Below are positions 9,614-17,630 of a stretch of DNA of 64,000 nucleotides, piece by piece. The notes beneath the pieces are model-generated. The model did not search any database. It saw nothing but the letters and a program-made list of their open reading frames with translations, and was not told the DNA's origin. The stretch comes from a bacterium (GTDB lineage Bacteria > Vulcanimicrobiota > JAZDOK01). Made by a program: the position numbers and the translations under genes. The stretch covers positions 114,537 to 178,536 of the forward strand of contig JAZDOK010000004.1 of assembly GCA_043798715.1 (NCBI GenBank). The letters are read 5' to 3'. Position 1 is the stretch's first letter. Every line of letters begins with the position of its first letter.

Positions 9614-10642
9614 ATGTCAGAAAAGATCCGAGTTGCCGTCGACGCCATGGGCGGAGACTTTGCACCGGCGGAGATAGTCATAGGGGCTCTCATAGCGGCC
9701 CGGGAGTCGGCAGTCACACCGATCCTGGTCGGAGACGAAACCAAGATTAAAAACGAGTTGCCCGGCCAGGAGATTCCCCCCGGAATTGAGATCGTCCATA
9801 CGAGCGAATATATCTCCATGGAAGACTCCCCCTCGGCCGCCGTAAAAAAGAAAAAAAACGCTTCCATGGCGGTGGCGGCCAGACTGGTGAAAGAGGGAAA
9901 AGCGGATGCCATGGTTTCCGCCGGAAACACGGGCGCGCTCATGGAAGTCGCCCTGCTCACCTTCGGCAGAATTCACGGAATAAAACGCCCGGCGATTGCC
10001 ACCGTCTGGCCGGTAAAAACAGGGAGGGCCATGCTGCTGGATGCGGGAGCCAACGCCGAGTGCCGCCCGGAACATCTCCTTCAGTTTGCGATCATGGGTT
10101 CCATATACTGCGAAAAAGTTCTGGACATCGCGAACCCCAGAGTGGGCCTGATAAACATCGGGGAAGAATCCGGCAAGGGGAATTCTCTGACCGTTCAAAC
10201 CTATCAGCTCCTGAAGGGCTCAAACCTGAATTTTTACGGCAACGTGGAGGTGCAGGAATTCATCAACGGGGTTGTGGACGTCGCGGTTTGTGACGGTTTT
10301 GTCGGAAACATAGTACTTAAGACCGCCGAGGGCGTGGCCGCCTTAATTACGCAGATTCTGAAGGATTCCATTCCGAAGACTTTTATGAGAAAAATTGGAG
10401 GGCTTCTTCTTAAGCCCGTTTTCAGGGAACTTAAACACAAGCTGGACTCCAGCGAATACGGAGGAGCCCTTTTACTGGGCCTGCGGGGGATCTGCATCAA
10501 AAGCCACGGCCGGGCCAACGCCAAGGCGATAAAAAACGCCATCCGGGTGGCTGAGAAAGCCGTTGAAAGCCGTTTCATCGAAAAAATCAAGGAAAATTTC
10601 GAGAATTTTTCAGCGACGTCCAAACCGGAAGCCCGGCCGTGA
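9614..10642 (+). CDS. plsX: Phosphate acyltransferase PlsX
   Basis: N-terminus IRVAVDAMGGDFAP and overall PlsX-like sequence. It sits in the conserved neighbourhood upstream of recG. Confidence 0.9.
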   Translation: MSEKIRVAVDAMGGDFAPAEIVIGALIAARESAVTPILVGDETKIKNELPGQEIPPGIEIVHTSEYISMEDSPSAAVKKKKNASMAVAARLVKEGKADAMVSAGNTGALMEVALLTFGRIHGIKRPAIATVWPVKTGRAMLLDAGANAECRPEHLLQFAIMGSIYCEKVLDIANPRVGLINIGEESGKGNSLTVQTYQLLKGSNLNFYGNVEVQEFINGVVDVAVCDGFVGNIVLKTAEGVAALITQILKDSIPKTFMRKIGGLLLKPVFRELKHKLDSSEYGGALLLGLRGICIKSHGRANAKAIKNAIRVAEKAVESRFIEKIKENFENFSATSKPEARP

Positions 10643-12755
10643 AGAGAATTTCAAGCATGATCCCGCCCATAAAACCGAAGTGAATCCACCCGCCTCCCCC
10701 CTTGATTCTCCCGTCCAGTATGCCAAAGGCGTGGGGCCGGCCGTTTCGGCCAGGTTAAACCGCCTCGGCATCAATGTAATCGAGGATCTTTTCTACCATT
10801 TCCCCAGGCGCTACGAGGACCGGAGCCATATCAAACCCATCGCTGAAACCGTGGAAGGGTCTTTTGAAACAGTCTCCGGAACTCTGGGAAAAGTCTTTGA
10901 GAAAAGGATACGCCGCGGTCTTACGATCACCAGAATTCCGCTCTTCGACGGGAGAGACATCATCTACCTCGTCTGGTTCAATCAGCCCTACCTGAAAAAT
11001 TCCCTGAAAACGGGAATGAAAGTCATCGCCAGCGGAAAAGTGGAGAAAAAATACAAGGAAATCCAGATCAACGCCCCCGAGTACGAAACGATTGGAGAAG
11101 ACGAAGACCTCCTGAACACCGGGAGAATCGTGCCGATATACCCTCTTACCGAGCGCCTCAGCCAGAAATACCTCCGGAAAATCATCCGGGGAGGCCTGGA
11201 GCGCTATGCCCAATTTTTCGCCGAGGATCTTCCGGAGGAACTCCGGATGAAATACAGCCTGCCGGGCATAGCCGAGGCCTTGAGGGAGATTCATTTCCCC
11301 GACAGTTTCCCCCTCATGGAAAAGGCCCGGAGGCGCCTGGTCTTTGAGGAATTCCTGCTCCTCCAGCTGACTCTGGCCATGATGAGGAATAAGAGGGAAC
11401 GGCAGGTCCGCATCCTCCATTATTCAACTTCAGGGAAGATTCTCGATGAATTCTCCGAAAAACTCCCCTTCCGCCTAACCGGCGCCCAGATCCGGGTCAT
11501 GGAGGAGATCCTCTCCGACACGAAAAAAGAGCGCCCGATGAATCGCCTCCTCCAGGGCGATGTCGGCGCCGGCAAGACCGTGGTGGCGGCTTTTGCCGTC
11601 CTCTGCGCCGCACGCAGCGGTTTCCAGGCGGCCGTAATGGCCCCCACCGAGATACTGGCCGAACAGCATTTCAGGAATTTTTCCGGCCTGCTTTCTCTCC
11701 ATGGAATCCGGGTCAGCCTCCTCACCGGAAATTGCCCGAAAAAAAAGAAAGAGGAGACCTACCGGGAAATAAAAAATGGAGAAATTGACCTCCTGGTGGG
11801 AACTCACGCCATTATCCAGGAGGGAGTTTCATTTTTGCGCCTTGGCCTTACTGTAGTGGATGAACAGCACAAGTTCGGAGTCATGCAGAGGGCCACGCTC
11901 AAGGAAAAAGGCCTGAGCCCGGACCTGCTGGTCATGACCGCCACCCCCATCCCCCGGACACTGGCCCTGACACTCTACGGAGACCTGGACATTTCCGTCA
12001 TAGACGAACTTCCTCCCGGGCGGCGGAAAATCAAGAGCTACTGGGTCAGCGCCTCGCTTTCGGAGCGGGTCTTCCAGTTCGTGAGCCGCCTGGCCGGGGA
12101 AGGTAAACAGGCCTACGTCGTATGTCCCCTGATCGAAGAATCGGACAAAATAGAGGCCAAGGCGGCGGTGAAGGAGGCCGAGCGCCTCCGGAAGGAAGTC
12201 TTTTCGGAGCAGCCGGTCGGCCTTCTGCATGGGAAGATGAAAAGTCGCGACAAGGAAAGCGTCATGCAGTCGTTCAGAGATGGGGAGCTGAAGATCCTGA
12301 TATCCACCACGGTCATCGAAGTCGGGGTGGACGTGAGCAACGCCTCCATCATGGTGGTCCTCAATGCGGACCGCTTCGGGCTGGCCCAGCTCCACCAGCT
12401 AAGAGGGCGAGTGGGCCGGGGAAATGAGCAGGCCTACTGCATCTTCATCTCCGATCCCCCCTCGGAAGATGGCCGTCAAAGGATGGAGGCCATCGTAAAG
12501 AACACCGACGGATTCCTCCTGGCGGAGGAGGACCTGCGCCTCCGGGGGCCGGGGGAATTCTACGGGACGCGCCAGCACGGTCTGCCGGAACTAAAGATCG
12601 GGGATCTCATAAGCGACCTCAAAGTCATGGAAGAGGCCCGCGCTGAAGCAGCGAAATTGCTGGCTCTGGATCCCTGCCTGGAAAAGGCGGAAGTAAGGGA
12701 ACTGAAAAAAAAGCTTGACCGAAAATTCAGTCTGTCCGCGGACATGGTCCACTGA
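10563..12755 (+). CDS. recG: ATP-dependent DNA helicase RecG; start position uncertain
   Basis: GVGP...L..LGI..IEDLFYHFPRRYEDRS wedge region, GDVGAGKT Walker A, DEQHKFGV, TATPIPRTLALT. The annotated ATG overlaps plsX by 80 bp, so the true start may lie further downstream. Confidence 0.9.
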   Translation: MKAVSSKKSRKISRIFQRRPNRKPGREENFKHDPAHKTEVNPPASPLDSPVQYAKGVGPAVSARLNRLGINVIEDLFYHFPRRYEDRSHIKPIAETVEGSFETVSGTLGKVFEKRIRRGLTITRIPLFDGRDIIYLVWFNQPYLKNSLKTGMKVIASGKVEKKYKEIQINAPEYETIGEDEDLLNTGRIVPIYPLTERLSQKYLRKIIRGGLERYAQFFAEDLPEELRMKYSLPGIAEALREIHFPDSFPLMEKARRRLVFEEFLLLQLTLAMMRNKRERQVRILHYSTSGKILDEFSEKLPFRLTGAQIRVMEEILSDTKKERPMNRLLQGDVGAGKTVVAAFAVLCAARSGFQAAVMAPTEILAEQHFRNFSGLLSLHGIRVSLLTGNCPKKKKEETYREIKNGEIDLLVGTHAIIQEGVSFLRLGLTVVDEQHKFGVMQRATLKEKGLSPDLLVMTATPIPRTLALTLYGDLDISVIDELPPGRRKIKSYWVSASLSERVFQFVSRLAGEGKQAYVVCPLIEESDKIEAKAAVKEAERLRKEVFSEQPVGLLHGKMKSRDKESVMQSFRDGELKILISTTVIEVGVDVSNASIMVVLNADRFGLAQLHQLRGRVGRGNEQAYCIFISDPPSEDGRQRMEAIVKNTDGFLLAEEDLRLRGPGEFYGTRQHGLPELKIGDLISDLKVMEEARAEAAKLLALDPCLEKAEVRELKKKLDRKFSLSADMVH

Positions 12756-12769
12756 AACAGGAGGGCGGC

Positions 12770-13321
12770 ATGATCAGAATAACCGGCGGCGAGTTCGCCG
12801 GAAGACGTCTTAAGATGATCGAGGGAGCGCTCAGCCGCCCGACCTCGCAGAAAGTTCGCCAGGCGCTCTTTAATATTCTGGCGCCCCGGATAGCGGGCTC
12901 CACCTTCCTGGATCTTTTTGCCGGTGTCGGCACCGTGGGCCTTGAGGCCCTGAGCCGGGGCGCTGACAGGGCCGTTTTTGTGGAGAAAAACCCCGGAGCG
13001 GCCAGAATTCTGGCGGCGAACATAGAGACGCTGAAAGTCGCCCCCCAGAGCAGGATCTGGAACGTTGACGCATTGTTGTTCCATCGCAGGACGGAAGAAA
13101 AATATGATATCATTTTCGTGGATCCGCCCTACCTCGGGCCTTTGGCGGACTTGGCTATCCGGGCACTTGGCTGGAAGGATCTTTTAAAAGGAGGAGGAAT
13201 AGTGGTGGTCGAACATTATTCCAAGACTCCCCTGCCCTCTGAGGAGGGGAATCTGGTTCTGAGCCGCACGGAAAGGTACGGCCAGACGGGACTTTCTTTC
13301 TACAAGGGAGCGAATGCGTGA
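12770..13321 (+). CDS. rsmD: 16S rRNA (guanine966-N2)-methyltransferase RsmD
   Basis: IRITGGEFAGRRL..P...TRPT...RQALFNIL and DLFAGVGTVGLEALSRGA SAM-binding motif; the recG-rsmD-coaD order is conserved. Confidence 0.8.
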   Translation: MIRITGGEFAGRRLKMIEGALSRPTSQKVRQALFNILAPRIAGSTFLDLFAGVGTVGLEALSRGADRAVFVEKNPGAARILAANIETLKVAPQSRIWNVDALLFHRRTEEKYDIIFVDPPYLGPLADLAIRALGWKDLLKGGGIVVVEHYSKTPLPSEEGNLVLSRTERYGQTGLSFYKGANA

Positions 13322-13836
13322 AAACGGCTGTTTATCCCGGAAGTTTTGATCCGGTCACCAATGGGCATTTGGATATCATCACCCGGGCGGCCTTCCTCTT
13401 TGACCGCCTCATCGTCGCCGTCGTCCGTAATCCGGGCAAGGCGCCGCTTTTTTCCATGGAGGAACGGGTGGCTCTGCTCCAGGAGATTCTGGCCTCCCAC
13501 CGCAATATCGAGGTGCAGAGTTTCAACGGCCTTCTGGTTGATTTTGCCGAAAAGACGGGGTCCTCCGTCATTGTCAAAGGCATGCGCGCGCTCTCCGACT
13601 TTGATTTCGAATACCAGATGGCATTGATGAACAAAAAACTCAAGCCCTCGCTTGAGACAATTTTTCTCATGACCTCCGAGAATTTTGCCTTCTTAAGTTC
13701 CAGCTCAGTCAGGGAAATCGCTTCCCTCGGTGGAAGAGTGAAAGGCCTGGTCCCCTCAAACGTGGAAAAAGCGCTGGCAAAAAAATTCCGAAACAGGAAG
13801 GGAATTGCCCGGGGTCAGGATGTCGCCAAGGATTAG
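13318..13836 (+). CDS. coaD: Phosphopantetheine adenylyltransferase CoaD
   Basis: AVYPGSFDPVTNGHLDII nucleotidyltransferase motif. Confidence 0.9.
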   Translation: MKTAVYPGSFDPVTNGHLDIITRAAFLFDRLIVAVVRNPGKAPLFSMEERVALLQEILASHRNIEVQSFNGLLVDFAEKTGSSVIVKGMRALSDFDFEYQMALMNKKLKPSLETIFLMTSENFAFLSSSSVREIASLGGRVKGLVPSNVEKALAKKFRNRKGIARGQDVAKD

Positions 13837-13848
13837 GAGGAATATCAT

Positions 13849-14415
13849 ATGAGTATTTTCAGGGTCCTCGACAAGATTGAAAACGCCATTTTCAACAGCA
13901 CCCCCCTGTGGCCATTCAAGGACCGGATTATCGTCAACAGGGAAAAATTTCTCGCCCTGATAGAAAAGACCCGGAAGACCCTTCCGGAGGAGATGAAACA
14001 GGCCCGTCTGGTGACCAAGGACAACCAGAGGATTATTCAGGAGGCGAGGGACAAGTCTGAAGAAATTCTCCGGGAATCCCAGGAAAGGGTTCGAAAGATG
14101 CTCGATGGAGCGAAGGAGGAGGCCGCCAGGCTTCTGGATCAGAGCGACATCCTGACGCAGGCCCGGAAGAAGGCGGAGGATCTTACGCGACAGACCCAGG
14201 AAGAGGCCCAGGAGCACCTTCGCCTGGCGCATGAAAAGGCGATAAGAGAGACCGCGGAGACGGAGGCCCAGGTTCGGGAACTCGTCCTGGGCGCCAATGA
14301 ATACGCTGAAAAAATCCTCTCCGGGCTGGAAAGCGAATTGACGAGAATTCTGCCCATAATCCAGAAGGGACGAAAGCAGCTTCAGGAGGCTATCAAGGAG
14401 CATAATGACGATTGA
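13849..14415 (+). CDS. Hypothetical coiled-coil protein
   Basis: Charged, helix-forming E/K/R-rich sequence with no recognisable catalytic motif; strong RBS. Confidence 0.4.
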   Translation: MSIFRVLDKIENAIFNSTPLWPFKDRIIVNREKFLALIEKTRKTLPEEMKQARLVTKDNQRIIQEARDKSEEILRESQERVRKMLDGAKEEAARLLDQSDILTQARKKAEDLTRQTQEEAQEHLRLAHEKAIRETAETEAQVRELVLGANEYAEKILSGLESELTRILPIIQKGRKQLQEAIKEHNDD

Positions 14416-14469
14416 ACCATCGAGCCCGGTTTTTTTCTGCCACCGGTCTTTTATAATTTTGAGGATTCC

Positions 14470-15708
14470 ATGATCATTCTTGTAGTCAACTGCGGCAGCT
14501 CATCCCTCAAGTTTGAGCTGATAGACACCGAAAGCTTCAGTAAGCTCGCCGGGGGGATCATAGACCGAATCGGACAGGAAGGCTCCCTCATAAACCTCCG
14601 GATGGGCCAGGACAAGATCTCTTCCCCTATTCAGGCCAATAATCACAAGGAGGCGATCTCGGACGTCTTCCAATTCCTGACGGGCGAGGGGGGCGTGCTG
14701 AAAAGCCCCGACGAAGTTCACGGAATAGGCCACCGGGTCGTCCATGGCGGCGAAAAATTTCAAAGCGCGACGCTCATCACCGGGGAAGTTCTGAAGGGAA
14801 TTCAAGATTGCATAGGGCTGGCGCCCCTGCACAATCCCGCCAATCTCATGGGTATAGACGCCTGCAGGACGCTGTTTCCGTCCACTCCCCAGGTGGCGGT
14901 CTTCGACACCGCCTTCCACCATACCATTCCCCCCGAAGCCTACACCTATGCCATTCCATACGATCTCTACCTGAAATACGGCATTCGCCGATACGGCTTT
15001 CACGGAACTTCCCACAAGTTTGTCAGCTGGAGGCTGGCCCAGATAAAGAAGAAAAAGATTGAGGAGATGAAGATAATCTCCTGCCACCTCGGCAACGGCT
15101 GCAGCATCACCGCCATAAAAAACGGAATCTCTACCGACACATCCATGGGGATGACCCCTCTCGAGGGACTGGTCATGGGCACCCGTTCGGGGGACCTGGA
15201 CCCTGCCATCATCACCTTTCTCATCGAGAAGGAGAACGTCTCATTCGCTGAAATTGACTTCCTCCTCAACCGGAGGAGCGGACTTCTGGGAATCTCCGGA
15301 AGGTCCAATGACATGCGGGACCTCATGGAAGGAGCCGAAAAAAACAACGACAAGCTCTCGATACTGGCCTTAAATGTCTTCTGCTACCGCCTGAAAAAAT
15401 ACATCGGTTCCTATGCCGCCGCCATGGGCGGGGTGGATGACATCATTTTCACCGCCGGCATCGGTGAAAATTGCCCCTGGGTAAGAAAAAAAGTCATGGA
15501 AAACATGGATTTTCTCGGGGTCTCCATAGATGAGAGCCTCAACGAATCGGCCGCCGGTGAAACCCTTATAAGCACGCCCTCGTCGAAAGTGGGCCTCTGG
15601 GTCATCCCCACCAATGAGGAACTCATGATTGCCACCGAGACGAAAGCGATCCTGGAGGAGAAAGCCTCCGGAAAACCCCTGTTTCAGACGGCTCCGGCAA
15701 TAAGGTAG
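14470..15708 (+). CDS. ackA: Acetate kinase
   Basis: ILVVNCGSSSLKFEL N-terminus, plus the motifs HGTSH and GNGCS. Confidence 0.9.
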   Translation: MIILVVNCGSSSLKFELIDTESFSKLAGGIIDRIGQEGSLINLRMGQDKISSPIQANNHKEAISDVFQFLTGEGGVLKSPDEVHGIGHRVVHGGEKFQSATLITGEVLKGIQDCIGLAPLHNPANLMGIDACRTLFPSTPQVAVFDTAFHHTIPPEAYTYAIPYDLYLKYGIRRYGFHGTSHKFVSWRLAQIKKKKIEEMKIISCHLGNGCSITAIKNGISTDTSMGMTPLEGLVMGTRSGDLDPAIITFLIEKENVSFAEIDFLLNRRSGLLGISGRSNDMRDLMEGAEKNNDKLSILALNVFCYRLKKYIGSYAAAMGGVDDIIFTAGIGENCPWVRKKVMENMDFLGVSIDESLNESAAGETLISTPSSKVGLWVIPTNEELMIATETKAILEEKASGKPLFQTAPAIR

Positions 15709-15739
15709 AGAAAACCGTCTTTCGCGTCCACTTCCAGGA
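15703..15739. repeat. Left copy of a perfect 37-bp direct repeat (aggtagagaaaaccgtctttcgcgtccacttccagga) bracketing the nucleotidyltransferase insertion
   Basis: Identical to 16593-16629. This left copy overlaps the ackA stop codon. Its reverse complement would encode the last roughly 12 codons (LEVDAKDGFLYL) of the 16574-17314 gene. Confidence 0.9.
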
Positions 15740-15864
15740 TGGCTCCACCAATATAAAAAATTCTAAATCAAAGTTATATGGTTTTCAGGGGGCGGGTCAA
15801 TTTCTTTCTTTATTGAAGTGCCAAATGGCATTTTCGGACAGCCTGTCAATGTCTTACCCTGGTG

Positions 15865-16377
15865 TTATTTGATTTCCAGGCGGCCGAGTTCGAGCAGGTT
15901 GTCAAAATCCTCCAAAGAGGACGGCTCCATCCTGGAAAAGAAGGCTCGGGCTTTGCGGATGTTTCCCTCATCGGCCAGGCCGAGCATCCGGGAGATGTCC
16001 GCCAGATCCTGGACCCTTCCGGAGCGAAACTTGAGGAGGATGAAAGATTCGAAGGGCAGGATGGGAAGACCCTGGGCGTCCCGGTTATAAGCGGCATTTC
16101 GGATGGCCTCCGCCTGCCACTCCTCTCGTGCCTCCAGAAGGTCCACCTCAATGCCTTCAGGCGAGTTCCAGGCGGAGCCGCCGATGGAAAGTTCCTGTTT
16201 AAATCCAAAACCCGCCCCTGCGAGGCGCCTGTGAACCTCACCTGCATGAGAAGCCTCTATGAAGACATCCAGGTCGGCCGTCGTTCTTTCCGGCATGTAG
16301 GCGCGGGTAGCGACGCCTCCCACGACGGCCCAGGGAATTTCCCCCAGTGCAGGTGTCAAATCAGGCCAGGTTTTCAT
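15865..16377 (-). CDS. Small nucleotidyltransferase-fold protein (minimal NTase family)
   Basis: hGGx(9-13)DhDh motif in WAVVGGVATRAYMPERTTADLDVFIE. AGGAGG RBS directly upstream of ATG 16377. I preferred this minus-strand call over the overlapping plus-strand ORF 15862-16392. Confidence 0.55.
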   Translation of the reverse strand: MKTWPDLTPALGEIPWAVVGGVATRAYMPERTTADLDVFIEASHAGEVHRRLAGAGFGFKQELSIGGSAWNSPEGIEVDLLEAREEWQAEAIRNAAYNRDAQGLPILPFESFILLKFRSGRVQDLADISRMLGLADEGNIRKARAFFSRMEPSSLEDFDNLLELGRLEIK

Positions 16378-16573
16378 CGCAGTCCTCCTTGAAAGAAATT
16401 CCCGGCTGGTGCCGGAGCCTGGCTTGGCCAGACGAAGGGACAGCCCTATCAGGAATTTTGTGGAGTCTCTTTTTGAAAGAGCCATCTGTTTTACTCCTCT
16501 TTTATTACCTGCAAAATTAGAGCAAGAAGTCAAGATCAGAGCCTCAGAGAAGAAATCTTTCTGAAATACCCGT

Positions 16574-17314
16574 TTATACCGCGCCGGCGATGAGGTAGAG
16601 AAAACCGTCTTTCGCGTCCACTTCCAGGAGCGACCCCTCCAACTTTGCCGGTATGATCTTCTCCAGGTCCACCGTTATTTCCCGGCCGTGCAGGGTCAAC
16701 CCCTCGCCCTGAATGTATTTCCTGGAGCGCTCCATGATGAAGGCCGTCAGGAAATTGGGGATCAAGATCAAAAAGAGCAGGCTGATGTTTTCGATTTTTA
16801 CGGCCAGTTGCCAGGGTCCTTTTACGGCCAGGACAACCTCCCCTGAGAACGGGAATAACTTATAGAAACCGTTGACGTGGATTCTTCCGCCTTCGCGGAA
16901 CTCAAATTTAAGGGAGAGATCCAGCGACTTGAAAAACTTCCGGCTGGAGGGGGAATTCAGCCATTCCCCGGACAGGATAACGGACAGATCTTCGAGTTTG
17001 AAGGTGGTGTCGGAAAGGGAATCCTTTATGCCGGGCTTATCCTCCGAATCGGCTGGCTCTGCGAGTTCTTCTTTGATGGAACCGTCCGAAAGGGAATCCT
17101 TTTTATCATTCGGTTCCTCTTCAGCGTCGCTCAAGGGAGCATCCAGAAGGAAGCTCAGTTTTTCAATCATCAGGCCCTGGAGTTCCCCCTGCCCCGCCTC
17201 CAGAGAATCCAGGGAGCATTTGAGTTTTATTCGGCCTTCCGGGGCTTCCAGCAGCTGGAAACGCAGCTTGTCAAGGGATATGAAATCCAGCAGGTCCTTG
17301 ATTGAATTTTTCAT
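16574..17314 (-). CDS. Hypothetical protein
   Basis: Long ORF with an acidic central region; no motif I recognise. Confidence 0.4.
   Translation of the reverse strand: MKNSIKDLLDFISLDKLRFQLLEAPEGRIKLKCSLDSLEAGQGELQGLMIEKLSFLLDAPLSDAEEEPNDKKDSLSDGSIKEELAEPADSEDKPGIKDSLSDTTFKLEDLSVILSGEWLNSPSSRKFFKSLDLSLKFEFREGGRIHVNGFYKLFPFSGEVVLAVKGPWQLAVKIENISLLFLILIPNFLTAFIMERSRKYIQGEGLTLHGREITVDLEKIIPAKLEGSLLEVDAKDGFLYLIAGAV
16593..16629. repeat. Right copy of the 37-bp direct repeat, lying inside the 3' end of the 16574-17314 gene
   Basis: Exact match to 15703-15739; the flanking similarity extends to about 46 bp with 2 mismatches. Confidence 0.9.
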
Positions 17315-17583
17315 TCTGAGCTGTCCGCCTTTTTGGTGTTGTCGGTTTTAGGCACCGTTTTTTTCTCCGCAGCGGAGGTCGTTTCCGGAGGGGGCACCAA
17401 GTTGCCTCTCCCGTAGTCGTTGACATGGAAACCGCTTCCCTTGAAGACGATCCCGATGGAGCCTATCATTTTCCTTACTTTCCCGCCGCAGAAAGGACAT
17501 TCACTTATCGGCGGATCGTCCATTTTCTGGATAAGCTCGCTAATCTCGCCGCAGCCGAGACAGCGGTATTGATAAATCGGCAT
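17311..17583 (-). CDS. FmdB-family zinc-ribbon protein
   Basis: MPIYQYRCLGCGEISE...CPFCGG matches the FmdB CxxC...CxxC zinc ribbon. Confidence 0.7.
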   Translation of the reverse strand: MPIYQYRCLGCGEISELIQKMDDPPISECPFCGGKVRKMIGSIGIVFKGSGFHVNDYGRGNLVPPPETTSAAEKKTVPKTDNTKKADSSE

Positions 17584-17630
17584 TCTCTACCTCCCTTAAT
17601 TAAGACCCTGAAAGAATCCCTATTCAGGCC

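Noticed and set aside
9387-9614. 75-aa ORF upstream of plsX where rpmF might be expected
   Set aside because: It overlaps the tRNA-Pro gene and has no resemblance to ribosomal protein L32, so it is spurious.
15862-16392. Plus-strand 176-aa ORF overlapping the NTase region
   Set aside because: The minus-strand ORF has a canonical AGGAGG RBS and a clear nucleotidyltransferase motif, while the plus-strand ORF has neither. I judged it an antisense artefact.
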